Positions 19,947 through 30,249 are shown, counted from the stretch's first letter. The stretch: 64,000 nucleotides of DNA from Spirochaetia bacterium (GCA_963668315.1 OY764216.1:3648001-3712000), one strand, 5' to 3'. A program made the numbers and translations. Notes: generated by a model not told the origin, from the sequence alone.

Positions 19947-21605
19947 TTAATAACCTTCCTTCAAAGCCTGAGCTATATTAAGACAATAGTCTCCTATCTG
20001 CTCAATATAGCGCACCATATCGATAAAGAGAAGTTCCCCTTTAATATTTTCTCCGCTGTTCATATTTTTTCGGGCCCGTTTCTTGAGCTTTTTCTGCTGG
20101 CTGTTTATCTTCTTTTCCAGCTCGTAGGCTTTTTTCAAAGACTCTTCATCGGGAATTTCCAGGTTGTAATCTTTGATGAGAAGAAGGAATTTCTGGGCTT
20201 CCTTCGTGTAATCCAGAATCTCCTGATAGGCTTCCTCATGAAAATCAATCTTTTTATCCTGCTTCCTGTTCGCCAGTACCATGAGGTTAAAGCAACTGTC
20301 ACCGATACTCTCCAGCTCATTGACAATTCTAATAAGGGCGCTGATTCTGGTCTGAAAATCGATATCCTGATTTTCCGCAGAACAAAGCATAAAGAACCGG
20401 GTCAGTTCCTCTTCCATCTGATCCGTATAGTCTTCCTGCTTTTTCTGCTCCTCCAGCATATCGGTAACGCGGACCTTGGGATTGTTTATGAAGGCGACAA
20501 AGTGACTGAACATGATCTCGACTTTGTCTATCATATTCGCCACTTCCTTCCGTCCCCGGAGCATATTGAAATCGGATACATTCTGCAGCGTTCTCTCCAC
20601 ATATTCAATGGTGTATCGGGTCTCCTCTTCCTCATTTCGGCTGGGGATGATCTTTTTCACCAGCTTGGTGATTTGAGGGACGAATCCGATAAAGAGAGCG
20701 GTGTTGATAATATTGAAGCTGGTGTGAAAGGCGGCAAGCTGAGCCGTTATATCGTCACCGGGGATAATGAACCGGGCAAGGGCGAGATAGGGTTTGAAGA
20801 AGATCAAGGCCACGATAGAACCGGCGATATTGAAAAGGATGTGGACAAAGGCCGCTCTTCTCGCATTCAGTTTGGCGCCGAGACCTGCCAGGAAGGCATC
20901 GATTGTCGTTCCGATATTGGAGCCCAGAATCATGGCGGCTGCCGATTCAAAGGGGATAATCTGGCCGTAGGCCATGGTCAGGGTAATGGCCATGGACGCA
21001 CTGGAGGAGTGGACCACGATGGTGAGAACCGTTCCGGCGAAAACGAAGATAATCGTGGAAAGGAATCCCATCGAAGAGAGGGGGGCCAGAAAGGAAACGT
21101 TTTCCGCATCGGGTTTGGGAAAAACATCCTTCATATAGGAAAGGCCCAGGAAAAGAAGTCCGAAGCCCAGGATGACTTCTCCCCAGTGGCGCCGGGCGCT
21201 TACCTTCGAAAAGAAAAGGGGCATACCGACACCGATAATCGGAATAGCCAGGGAGGTCATGCTCACCTTGAAGCCGAGTATCGAAACGATCCATCCTGTA
21301 ATGGTCGTTCCGATATTGGCGCCCATTATCACACCGACCGACTGGAAAAGCGTCATCAGACCCGCGTTGACGAATCCCACAACCATAACCGTTGTCGCCG
21401 ATGATGACTGAATTATCGCCGTAACGATGAAACCGGTGAACAGGGCCATGAAACGGTTGGATGTCAGACTGTTCAGGATAGCTTCCATTCTGTCGCTGGA
21501 AGCCTTTTGCAAACCGTCGCTCATCATTCTCATTCCCAGCAGGAAAAGTCCCAGGGAACCTAACAGAAGAAAAACACTATCGACAATTTGTCGGAATAAA
21601 ATCAT
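19947..21605 (-). CDS. Na+/Pi cotransporter family protein with PhoU-like C-terminus
   Basis: QSSSATTVMVVGF, GANIGTT, HSSSAS, GSNIGTT; ELESIGD and IEQIGDY PhoU-like repeats; RBS GAGGAG. Confidence 0.92.
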   Translation of the reverse strand: MILFRQIVDSVFLLLGSLGLFLLGMRMMSDGLQKASSDRMEAILNSLTSNRFMALFTGFIVTAIIQSSSATTVMVVGFVNAGLMTLFQSVGVIMGANIGTTITGWIVSILGFKVSMTSLAIPIIGVGMPLFFSKVSARRHWGEVILGFGLLFLGLSYMKDVFPKPDAENVSFLAPLSSMGFLSTIIFVFAGTVLTIVVHSSSASMAITLTMAYGQIIPFESAAAMILGSNIGTTIDAFLAGLGAKLNARRAAFVHILFNIAGSIVALIFFKPYLALARFIIPGDDITAQLAAFHTSFNIINTALFIGFVPQITKLVKKIIPSRNEEEETRYTIEYVERTLQNVSDFNMLRGRKEVANMIDKVEIMFSHFVAFINNPKVRVTDMLEEQKKQEDYTDQMEEELTRFFMLCSAENQDIDFQTRISALIRIVNELESIGDSCFNLMVLANRKQDKKIDFHEEAYQEILDYTKEAQKFLLLIKDYNLEIPDEESLKKAYELEKKINSQQKKLKKRARKNMNSGENIKGELLFIDMVRYIEQIGDYCLNIAQALKEGY

Positions 21606-21670
21606 GGGCAAAAATCTCCTCAACCAATACTGATAATCATACTAGAAATAAGTCGATTATTCACCCTGAT

Positions 21671-22492
21671 TTAACGCTGTTTTAACCATTTTTTCCCAAA
21701 ATAGTAGATCAGGGCCAGTAATAACGTAAGGAAATAGGGAAATGAAAGGACCAGATCGGAGGGAATAAAATCGGAATGCTGAAGATTGACCGCCCATAAA
21801 TCAAAGAGGGAGAAGAGGAATACAGCAGGGAGGATACCGGCAGCCTTCCCACCTCCCAGATATACGGCTACGAGGGCTATCCACCCTTTTCCCGCCGACA
21901 TTCCGGGAACGAAGACCCCCAGAGGCAGGGATAGCGCCGCTCCCGAGATGCCGGCAAATGCGCCGCCGAGCATGAGAGAAAGGCTCTGAGTCGGGCGGAC
22001 GGACCTCCCCTTCTCTTCCAGTCTGTCCGGGCAGACCCCGCAGAGACGGATCAGTCTTCCCGGATTGGACCGGGAGAAGAAAAGCATGGTGAAAAGCAGT
22101 ACGGCCGCGGCGATAAGGGGAAAAAGCCAGTCGGACGGCAGGATTTCCCGTTCGGGCCGCACAGTTCCTTCTGTTCCGTAAATGATCCGGGAAAAGGTGC
22201 TCACCAGTGGATAGGCAAGCAGATTGATTCCAAGGCCCGAGACGAAAGGATCGCTTTTCATATACAAAGTTGAAAGGATAAAGAGTCCCGTAAGAAAAAG
22301 GGAGATCGCTATACCCGCGGCGATTCCCAGAGCGACGGAAGATGTTTCCGAGGCGATCCACAGGGAGAAAAAAGAGGAAACGAGCATTAATCCTTCCAGA
22401 GAGATATTGAGGATCCCGGTTTTTTCTGAATACAGACCGCCGAGGGCGGCTAGAAGCAGAGGAAGGGATAGGGAAAAAAAAGACTCAATCAC
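21671..22492 (-). CDS. rfuD: ABC transporter permease (RfuD-like)
   Basis: LAALGGLYSEKTGILNISLEG, GKGWIALVAV, PY; GTG start after GGAGG; in the FMN-riboswitch operon. Confidence 0.8.
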   Translation of the reverse strand: MIESFFSLSLPLLLAALGGLYSEKTGILNISLEGLMLVSSFFSLWIASETSSVALGIAAGIAISLFLTGLFILSTLYMKSDPFVSGLGINLLAYPLVSTFSRIIYGTEGTVRPEREILPSDWLFPLIAAAVLLFTMLFFSRSNPGRLIRLCGVCPDRLEEKGRSVRPTQSLSLMLGGAFAGISGAALSLPLGVFVPGMSAGKGWIALVAVYLGGGKAAGILPAVFLFSLFDLWAVNLQHSDFIPSDLVLSFPYFLTLLLALIYYFGKKWLKQR

Positions 22493-23495
22493 GGTGAAGC
22501 CTCCCGGATGTGACAATAAGGAAAATCAGGGCCATGACAAAACCGTCCACCGGATAGGGGAACTGGCCCCCTATGCCCAGTTTTTCCGAACCTTCCACCA
22601 GATGGGAGAAGAACAGGGCCGACGGGAAAACCAGCAGAGGATGGTTTCCTCCGATCAGCGCCAGAGCCATGCCGTTCCATCCGATTCCGGAGAAGAAGTC
22701 CTGAATGCCCCGGTGGTTCGTGCCCAGGATGACAACGGCACCGGTAATACCGTTCACCGCGCCGCTCGAGAATAGGGTCTTCACGGTCTGTCTCTTTCTG
22801 TCAATGCCGCAATAGGCGGCGAATTCCCCGTTTACACCGCAGAGACGCCATTCATATCCGGCGGGTCGGAGAAAAAGAAAGAGATAGACTGATACGATCA
22901 GCAGAAGGGCGAGAAAGAGAGAGATGTTAAGGTGTGACGGCGCCATGATTTCCCAGAGGCGGAACCTTTCGGGGATGGCGGGCGTCGTGACCAGATAACT
23001 GTCTGAATCTTTGAAGGGGCCGGTTATGAAAAACCGGGAGGCGCTTATTGTCCCCATGGAGAGAAGATAGGTGGTGATGACTTCGCTCAGGCCGATGGTA
23101 TTTTTTATCACCCCGGAAAGGGCCCCCAGGAGGCCGGAAGCCAAGGCCGCACCCGAGAGGGCGACGACGATGCCCAAGAATCCGCTGGCGGGCTGAAAAT
23201 AGTGGAATATGATAACCGTGGCAATGCCGCCCAGGCAGATTTGCCCTTCCCCTCCCAGATTGAACTCCCCTCCCTGGAAAGCGAGTACAACGGCTGATCC
23301 GCTGAACATATAAAGGACGGCCCGGTTCAGCCAGTTTCCCGTGGAGAAAAAGGAGGAAAAGGGTTCCAGAAAGAATTTGCCCAATCCGCCGGATACGGGC
23401 CTGAAAAAAAGAATGATGACCAGCGCGGAGAAAAGATAGGCAAGGAACATCATGAACAGAAGAAAAGGAGCTTTGCGGTTAAGTATTTTTTTCAT
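22485..23495 (-). CDS. rfuC: ABC transporter permease (RfuC-like)
   Basis: FNLGGEGQ, EVITTYLL, GIGWNGMALALIG. Confidence 0.8.
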   Translation of the reverse strand: MKKILNRKAPFLLFMMFLAYLFSALVIILFFRPVSGGLGKFFLEPFSSFFSTGNWLNRAVLYMFSGSAVVLAFQGGEFNLGGEGQICLGGIATVIIFHYFQPASGFLGIVVALSGAALASGLLGALSGVIKNTIGLSEVITTYLLSMGTISASRFFITGPFKDSDSYLVTTPAIPERFRLWEIMAPSHLNISLFLALLLIVSVYLFLFLRPAGYEWRLCGVNGEFAAYCGIDRKRQTVKTLFSSGAVNGITGAVVILGTNHRGIQDFFSGIGWNGMALALIGGNHPLLVFPSALFFSHLVEGSEKLGIGGQFPYPVDGFVMALIFLIVTSGRLHRD

Positions 23496-24810
23496 AGTCC
23501 ACCCCTCCCATCAGCGCCGTTAATTGATCAAGAGTACACTCTCCTTTTTTAAAGGGGGTGCCTCTTTTCCCGTTGAAAAGAGGAATGATTTCATCGCCCT
23601 GGGCCAAAGCTTCCTCGGGATCGGCGGTCAAAAGGGTGATCTCCTTTCCCTCTTCCTTCGCCTTTCTCATCAGTCCGTATAGATACTCCCGGTTGGCCAG
23701 ATCAAGGGCCGTAGAAGGTTCGGAAAGGAGGATTTTATCTCCCGGCCGCTGAAATTCCCTCAGAAGAAGCAGCTTTTTCTGATTCCCTCCGGATAGATGC
23801 TTCATCAGATCCTGGGGCCGTGCCACAATGCCGTTCTTCTCCAAATCCCTGTAGCCGTCATCCATATAGCGCCTTCTTCTGAGAAAGCCCAGGGAGGTTT
23901 TATACTTCTGCCGGTGGTGAATCATCAGATTATCCACGGGAGACCAGTTGGATTCCATGGCCCGGTTCCTGTTGACGGACGGGATATAGCCGTTCTCTCC
24001 CCGGCCCATCCGGGAAGCCAGGAGATTCTCCTCGTCCCACAGACCGCTTTCATGATATCCGGCGATAACCCGGATGATGCCTTCCTTCCTGCTTTCGGTC
24101 CCAAGACCGGACAGTACCGGATCGGATGACTTATGGGCCATCAGGGCCTTGAGGATATTCTCCTTCAGTCCCTTACTCCCCTGTTTTTCATCAAGAACGA
24201 CCCGTCCCTTGCTCATGACTATCACTCTGGTTCCGAACAGCAGGGCATCCTGTATTTTATGGGTGATAAGGACGGGAGTGAGCCCGCCCTTCTTGAGAAG
24301 TTCGAGAAGCTCGGCTAATCGGGGAAACTCCGGCTCATCCAGTATGATCAGTCTTTTATTCTCCATGAGACATTCGGCCAGTTCCACCATCTGATGCTGA
24401 TAGGGAACAAGATCCCCCATTAAGGAATGGGCGGAAAAAACCGCGCCCAGATGGGAAAGGACCGCGGAGAGCTTTTCCCTCTCCTTCTTTACGGAATAAA
24501 AAAAGCCTCCCCCTATCCGGCGGTTTCCGCCGAACACCATATCGGACACCGATATGTTCCTGCCGAAGGAGGGCTTCTGATGAACAAGGGCCGCCGGACC
24601 GGACTCCCCGAACCGGATAGTTCCCCGGTCCGGCTTGAGAACCCCGCTCATAAGAGAAGCCAGGGTGCTTTTGCCCGCCCCGTTTTCCCCCATGAGCACC
24701 AGGGTCTCGCCGGCATTGGCCGTAAGAGACACATCGTTACAGGCCGTCACACCATTCATGGCAAAGGTTTTGCTTACATTTTCCAGCTCAATTACCGGCG
24801 TGCCTTGCAC
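23479..24810 (-). CDS. rfuB: ABC transporter ATPase, tandem NBD CUT2 type (RfuB-like)
   Basis: GENGAGKST, ILDEP, ITHK; second half LSGGNQKK. Confidence 0.82.
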   Translation of the reverse strand: MQGTPVIELENVSKTFAMNGVTACNDVSLTANAGETLVLMGENGAGKSTLASLMSGVLKPDRGTIRFGESGPAALVHQKPSFGRNISVSDMVFGGNRRIGGGFFYSVKKEREKLSAVLSHLGAVFSAHSLMGDLVPYQHQMVELAECLMENKRLIILDEPEFPRLAELLELLKKGGLTPVLITHKIQDALLFGTRVIVMSKGRVVLDEKQGSKGLKENILKALMAHKSSDPVLSGLGTESRKEGIIRVIAGYHESGLWDEENLLASRMGRGENGYIPSVNRNRAMESNWSPVDNLMIHHRQKYKTSLGFLRRRRYMDDGYRDLEKNGIVARPQDLMKHLSGGNQKKLLLLREFQRPGDKILLSEPSTALDLANREYLYGLMRKAKEEGKEITLLTADPEEALAQGDEIIPLFNGKRGTPFKKGECTLDQLTALMGGVDYEKNT

Positions 24811-24814
24811 AGGC

Positions 24815-25858
24815 TTATTCCTCTGAATCCAGGTGATAGCGTCCGCTCATAAACTGCTCCATCTGGAATGCGACGCTATCCTTTACCCCTTCGGGAACAT
24901 ATTTCTGATAGGCTTCCTCCGATTCATCGATGAGGACGTAACCGTCACTGATATTCCCCTCCTGAAGGTCGCCCTGTTCCAGGCTGCCGTCCAGTATACC
25001 CAGAACCATCTCCTCGGCGGCCTGTTCCTGCCTTATGATGGCGCTTCCCAGGATCACACCGGGCGCCGCGTCCGTTCCGGGGGAATCAAACCAGACGATA
25101 TATTTCCCCTCTTTCTTTGCCGTGGACAACACGCCCTGGTTGGCGCCTCCGGCTATGGGCAGTATGACATCCACACCGGAGCGGTACATGCTTTCGGCCA
25201 GTTCGGAGGACTTGGCCGCATCGTACCAGTTTCCCACAACGCGGAAATCCAGTTCAAACCGGGGGTCAACGCTTTTCATTCCCATGATAAAACCGGGAAC
25301 AATAGACTTATCCATATCAGGATAGGTCTGACCCGCGATCAGCCCCAGCTTATATTCACCGGATAGATTGTCAAGGGAAGAAAGGGAAGCCTGGGCAGCG
25401 AGAAATCCCGCCATAAAAGCCTGCTCCTTATGATTATAGGAGAAAACCGTCAGGTTTTCGTCAGCCCTGTTCTCACCGTCCAGGACAAGAAACTGCTGGG
25501 CGGGGAAAAGGGTTTTCACCTCGCGGCAGAGGGCGGACAGGGCGGGATTGGAGGTAACGATAAGATTGTACTTCCCCTCCGCGGCCAGGGCCGTCAGCTT
25601 GTCTTTCCATTCACCCTGATTAAAGCCGGCTTCCACGGTCGTGACGGCAATATCCCGCTGTTCCGCCGCTTTACGGACTCCCCCATCCATCTGCAGATAG
25701 GTGGGACTCCCCTCAAGCATGCCGGGAACAAAGACGGCGATCTCGTAAACAGCCGAGGATGACTCTTCCTGCTGTCCTGTCGCAGAGAGAAAAACGAATG
25801 ACGAAATGACTAGGGTAAACAAGATGAGAAACGCTTTACCCTGATTAAAATGAAACAT
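24815..25858 (-). CDS. rfuA: BMP-family substrate-binding protein, riboflavin-binding (RfuA-like)
   Basis: IAVFVPG...GSPTY, VGNWYDAAK, GVDVILPIAGGANQGV, WFD; directly downstream of an FMN riboswitch; ATG 25858 after GGAGG. Confidence 0.85.
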   Translation of the reverse strand: MFHFNQGKAFLILFTLVISSFVFLSATGQQEESSSAVYEIAVFVPGMLEGSPTYLQMDGGVRKAAEQRDIAVTTVEAGFNQGEWKDKLTALAAEGKYNLIVTSNPALSALCREVKTLFPAQQFLVLDGENRADENLTVFSYNHKEQAFMAGFLAAQASLSSLDNLSGEYKLGLIAGQTYPDMDKSIVPGFIMGMKSVDPRFELDFRVVGNWYDAAKSSELAESMYRSGVDVILPIAGGANQGVLSTAKKEGKYIVWFDSPGTDAAPGVILGSAIIRQEQAAEEMVLGILDGSLEQGDLQEGNISDGYVLIDESEEAYQKYVPEGVKDSVAFQMEQFMSGRYHLDSEE

Positions 25859-25920
25859 AGAACCTCCAAGCTTTGGGAAAACATGGAGGAGAATTCCAAC
25901 TGGCACAGTCATGCCAAAGA

Positions 25921-26047
25921 TATCCTTCTCCCATCCTGACTCTAACAGTCGGCACCGGAATTTCACCGATTCAACCGCTTTGTTGGAATAAAGCGGGTCG
26001 CGGGCTTTAACCGCCGGTAAGGAATTGCACCTTGCCCCAAAGGAATT
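25921..26047 (-). ncRNA. FMN riboswitch (RFN element)
   Basis: Minus strand TCCTTTGGGGCAAGGTGCAATTCCTTACCGGCGGTTAAAGCCCGCGA...GGTGAAATTCCGGTGCCGACTGTTAGAGTCAGGATGGGAGAAGGA carries the RFN hallmarks; TTGACA-N17-TACCTT promoter at 26090-26062. Confidence 0.95.
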
Positions 26048-26086
26048 ATTTTGTAAGAAAAAAGGTAATCCTACTTTAAAAAAATG

Positions 26087-26994
26087 TCAAGTCAACCCGC
26101 TGCTTTTGACATACATTGCCCCGGCGCGGACATAGCCGCCCGCAAGAATATGGCTTTTGTAGGCCCTCTGAAGGGAGGTTTCCTCGGGCCAATCCGCAGG
26201 ATTTTCCGATTTCGTTCCCATAATGAAGGGAACTCCCTCCTTGAGTCCTTCCCCACAGGGTATAGATTCACAAGATTCTGGAGGCGGATAAGATGGGAAT
26301 CGGCCGGCAGAAAAGAGGAAAGATCGGGGCTGAATATCCAGGAAACGCATACGACGGCCCGGGGCGGCGTATCGGGATAAAGGGAGGAAAAAAACGATAG
26401 GCTCTCCTTCCACGAAGCCTCCGCCGTGGCGGGATCCATTCCCCCGCCTCCGGGGATATGCATATCAAGAACCCAGAAATCCCCGCCCAGCTTTTCGGGA
26501 AGGGATTCATGTACGGAAGAGGCCAGCTTGTGCATATATTCGAACCGGCCTATTTTGAACAGTTCTCCCCTCATGGCATGGAGAAACCAGTGGACAGCCC
26601 ATTTCATCGTGCCCGGCTCTTTACGGAAAAAATAAAAATCCCGTGATTTGGAGCCGACGCCGAGGCAGGTTTCTTTCGTAATCTTCAGGGGGATGGAGAG
26701 CTTGCGATGGATTTCCCAAATTTCCCGAACGGCCAGCAGGGAAAGGAGAAGAAAAAAATCCGGCCGTTCCCGCCCGTTCACAACCGGATCGGGCCATCGG
26801 GAAAAATCAGGCCTTTCGCTGTTTTCATTTAAATAACGGCAGGCCCGGAGAAAAAACTTTCTCAGCTCATGGCCGGAAAGTATAACCTCCCCCAACTCGT
26901 AAAGCCCCTCCTTCCACTCTGAAGGCAGGCCGAGAAGAGGATAAAGTTCATCAATGGAAGTCTTTTCAACCAGGGGGAGATATTCGCCTACCAT
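26087..26994 (-). pseudogene. GNAT-like acyltransferase-domain protein, frameshifted near 26250
   Basis: Frame 1 has LFKIGRFEY, LDMHIPGGG, CVSWIFSP. The family-like C-terminus PFIMG...WPEETSLQRAYKSHILAGG lies in the overlapping frame ending at 26087. Confidence 0.65.
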
Positions 26995-27002
26995 AGGACA
27001 AC

Positions 27003-28016
27003 TCAGCTCCTGTAGCCCCGGGGATTCATACTCTGCCATTTCCAGGCGCTGGCGACCATCTCTTCCAGACCCAGTTCCGCTTCCCAGCCGAGTTCCTTCC
27101 TGGCCAGGGCGGGATCGCCGTATACCGTGGCTATATCGCCGGCTCTCCGGGGACCGAACTCATAGGGGACCGGATGGCCGCAGACTCGGGAGAAGGCTTC
27201 GATCATTTCAAGGACGGAATATCCCTTGCCCGTACCGATATTGTAGATGGACACCCCGCCCTTTTCCATCAGTCTGTCAAGGGCTTTGACATGGGCTTTG
27301 GCCAGGTCGACAACGTGGATATAGTCTCTTACTCCCGTACCGTCCGGAGTATCCCAGTCGTTACCGAAAACCATCACCTTTTCGCGGATTCCCGCAGCGA
27401 CCTGTGAGACGAAGGGCAGAAGGTTGTTCGGGTATTCCGGATCTTCGCCGATCCGTCCCGATTCATGGGCTCCCACGGGGTTGAAATACCTGAGGATGGT
27501 AATATCCCAATCCTGGGCCTTAGCTGCATCAAGCAGTATCTGCTCCATCATGACTTTGGTCTGTCCATAGGGGTTGGTGGCGCTTATGGGGAAATTCTCC
27601 CTGACCGGCACCGACGCAGGATCGCCGTAAACCGTGGCGGAAGAAGAGAACACCAGACGGGAAACACCTTTCTCGGCCATTACCTTATAGAGGGTCAGAG
27701 AACCGGTGATATTGTTTTCGTAATACATAAGCGGTTTCTGCACCGATTCGCCTACGGCCTTCAGTGCGGCGAAATGAATGACCGCAGAGATTTCCGGCTC
27801 CCTGTCGAAAACCTTCCGAAGGCCGTCAATATCTCTCATATCCACTTCATAGAAGGGCAGTTTCTTACCGGTGAGTTCCTCGACCCGCCTGACCGCTTCC
27901 ATGGAGGAATTACAAAAGTTATCAGCCAATACAAGCTCATAACCCGCTTTAATCAGTTCAATATTCGTATGGGAGGCTATATACCCCGCGCCTCCGGTTA
28001 TTAAAATCTTACTCAC
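27003..28016 (-). CDS. galE: UDP-glucose 4-epimerase
   Basis: TGGAGYIASH, HFAALKAVGES, SSSATVYG, YGQTK, LRYFNPVGAH, RDYIHV. Confidence 0.96.
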   Translation of the reverse strand: MSKILITGGAGYIASHTNIELIKAGYELVLADNFCNSSMEAVRRVEELTGKKLPFYEVDMRDIDGLRKVFDREPEISAVIHFAALKAVGESVQKPLMYYENNITGSLTLYKVMAEKGVSRLVFSSSATVYGDPASVPVRENFPISATNPYGQTKVMMEQILLDAAKAQDWDITILRYFNPVGAHESGRIGEDPEYPNNLLPFVSQVAAGIREKVMVFGNDWDTPDGTGVRDYIHVVDLAKAHVKALDRLMEKGGVSIYNIGTGKGYSVLEMIEAFSRVCGHPVPYEFGPRRAGDIATVYGDPALARKELGWEAELGLEEMVASAWKWQSMNPRGYRS

Positions 28017-28253
28017 CTGTTTCTCCTGTTGGGAACATGATATCGATAATAAAAAGAAATTTCCAGTAAAAATGTTTAATAATATACCAAAGAGCCGATT
28101 TTACTTTCGCCTGCCATAAATCTAACAGGAAATAGAACCGCCCCGGACGCCAGAGGACTTTAATCCGGAGAAACAAGCCCCCCGGTTCACCCATTTCCCA
28201 AGATTTGTTATCCTATAGAAAACTCGAATACCACCTCATTAAAGGAGAATACA

Positions 28254-30125
28254 ATGCCCGCCCGATTTTCAACCTCATCCAAACTGGCTTCCACCGTAAT
28301 CCGACGCTTGAAAGGGGCCGCCCGTAAAGAGCAGTGGGGAGGGGCATTTATTAAACTGGCCTGGACGGCCGGGCCGGTGACCTATCTGGCTCTTCAGGGA
28401 GGATACTATATTGCTTATGGGGAAACGGCGTCTCCCCTGATTGTTCTCTACTTCGGAGCCTACACCATGGTGGCAGGCATATTCGCCCTGGCGACAAAAT
28501 TTGCCTATAATGCGACGAAGGGGAGCACCATGGAAGAGGACATGAAAGTTCTCGAATCCACTTTTGACGCTCTTCCCAGGCGTATAGTGGAAATACGCAA
28601 TCTTCAGCTCCGTTCAATGGACAGTCTTTCCCGGAATGTACTGAGTGCCAAATATCTTCTGGAGAATCCCCAGGCCGGCTCCGATGCCGTTGCCCTAGCC
28701 GTCAGAGATATCACGGGTGATCTTGAACTTGTCCAGGAAATGACCGCGCTGGAGGTGTACCGGGGTAACGGCCTCTATTACAAGGCAGGAGAGAAAAGCC
28801 GGGAGATCTTGAGGCTTCTGGAACCCCACATGGAAAATCTGAATAGAATCTCGGAAAATGTAGGCCGCATGATTCGGGAAAGAGCCGCCGGGGAACCGGA
28901 TGAAAAAGCTTACGGTCGCAGACGAACCGCCGGGTTCATAAGCCGGGTACTCCAGGCAAGCGAGAATGACAACCTGGACTATATGACTCTTCAGGATGCG
29001 GAAGAAGTCTGTATTCTGGTCTTCGAGCTTCTCAACAGCCGGGCCTTTCCCCACTATACGACCGAATACAAAGGAAATAAACAGTACCGCGAAGCGGCAC
29101 AACGGCTGAGCCGGGCCAGAAGGGATTACAGGAAGCATATTTATCGGAGAAACAGCGCCATACGTATCCTGGCCGAAGAGCTTTATAAGGAGAAACAGGA
29201 CCGGAGAAGCGGAAAAGCCCCGGAGCATCTATCACCCCGTTCGCCGGGAAAGAAAAGAAAAGGCATTCAAAGGCTTCTGGCCACCATACCCCAGATCAGG
29301 TCCGCCAGAACACTGCAGCATAGAATTACCGAATCCGTCAGGGAAATGGCTCGAACGAATCCCTCTCCCCAGAACGGTGAGTGGCGGCGGATTCAAAGCC
29401 TTTACCGGAATTTGTACAGAAACAGCCAGTCAGTGGAGAAAGCCTACCGGAAATTTCTGAAAATCTGGCAGGATATGCAGACTCTTATAGACAGACAGGC
29501 GGAGAATGGTATTTTCGATGAATCGGCGCCCCATCGGGGGAACAGTAAATATTCCCGAAAAAGCCCTATCCGCCTGGTCGGAGGGGAAACCAAAAAAACG
29601 GGGATCCGGATTCGCCCCTCCCAGGTATTTCTCACCAACAAGAAGATTCTTCCCGTTGCCCGGATGGTATATGAAAAATTGGAAGAGTTCGATACGGCCC
29701 ATGAAAACATCAACATCAAAATAAATGATCAGAAGGAACTGGCAATCGACCTTCTTCATATTCTGGATCAGTACCTGCCCCTGGAACAGACTCATGTTCA
29801 GCGCGCCATAGAATTGACCGGTTCGGCCTATATCTCCCGAAATAACCGCCAGGAGAAAACCGGAGGGAGTCATAACTGGAGTCTCAGTCTCGTGGAGGAG
29901 GAGGAGTTCCCGGGAAAACCCAGCCTTCACGACATGGTTGAAAGTCTGGTGAAATATGAATATCTCGAGCTGGACAAAGAGGATCACCGCTACCTGGAAG
30001 AGACATACGGAGCCGATCCTGATTTTCTTGACTCCCTGATTCGTGAGGAAAGGAGGAGGGAATCCCGCAGCTTCCCCATAGAAGCTCCCGAGCTTGTTCC
30101 TCCCCTGGAAACACTCTGTCTGTAA
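28254..30125 (+). CDS. Hypothetical protein, two N-terminal TM helices plus a large basic helical domain
   Basis: 623 aa ORF with AAGGAG RBS; hydrophobic segments near aa 30-80. Confidence 0.8.
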   Translation: MPARFSTSSKLASTVIRRLKGAARKEQWGGAFIKLAWTAGPVTYLALQGGYYIAYGETASPLIVLYFGAYTMVAGIFALATKFAYNATKGSTMEEDMKVLESTFDALPRRIVEIRNLQLRSMDSLSRNVLSAKYLLENPQAGSDAVALAVRDITGDLELVQEMTALEVYRGNGLYYKAGEKSREILRLLEPHMENLNRISENVGRMIRERAAGEPDEKAYGRRRTAGFISRVLQASENDNLDYMTLQDAEEVCILVFELLNSRAFPHYTTEYKGNKQYREAAQRLSRARRDYRKHIYRRNSAIRILAEELYKEKQDRRSGKAPEHLSPRSPGKKRKGIQRLLATIPQIRSARTLQHRITESVREMARTNPSPQNGEWRRIQSLYRNLYRNSQSVEKAYRKFLKIWQDMQTLIDRQAENGIFDESAPHRGNSKYSRKSPIRLVGGETKKTGIRIRPSQVFLTNKKILPVARMVYEKLEEFDTAHENINIKINDQKELAIDLLHILDQYLPLEQTHVQRAIELTGSAYISRNNRQEKTGGSHNWSLSLVEEEEFPGKPSLHDMVESLVKYEYLELDKEDHRYLEETYGADPDFLDSLIREERRRESRSFPIEAPELVPPLETLCL

Positions 30126-30249
30126 CGGGGGGATAATTACACCTAAGACGTCCTCCCTCTCCGGGGACTTCTTTCATTATCCTTGCGATTGGGAGCTCTA
30201 TCACTTATCCTTAAGATCGAAATCCGTCTGGCTGGCAGTTTCAACGGGA

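Noticed and set aside
19287..21404. 705 aa plus-strand ORF, and similar long ones at 9540-10796, 40887-42005, 47297-48361 and 61718-62563
   Set aside because: Antisense shadows of well-supported minus-strand genes; no motifs or translation signals.
25859..25966. N-terminal extension of the BMP protein in the ORF track
   Set aside because: It overlaps the FMN riboswitch; the real start follows the GGAGG at 25858.
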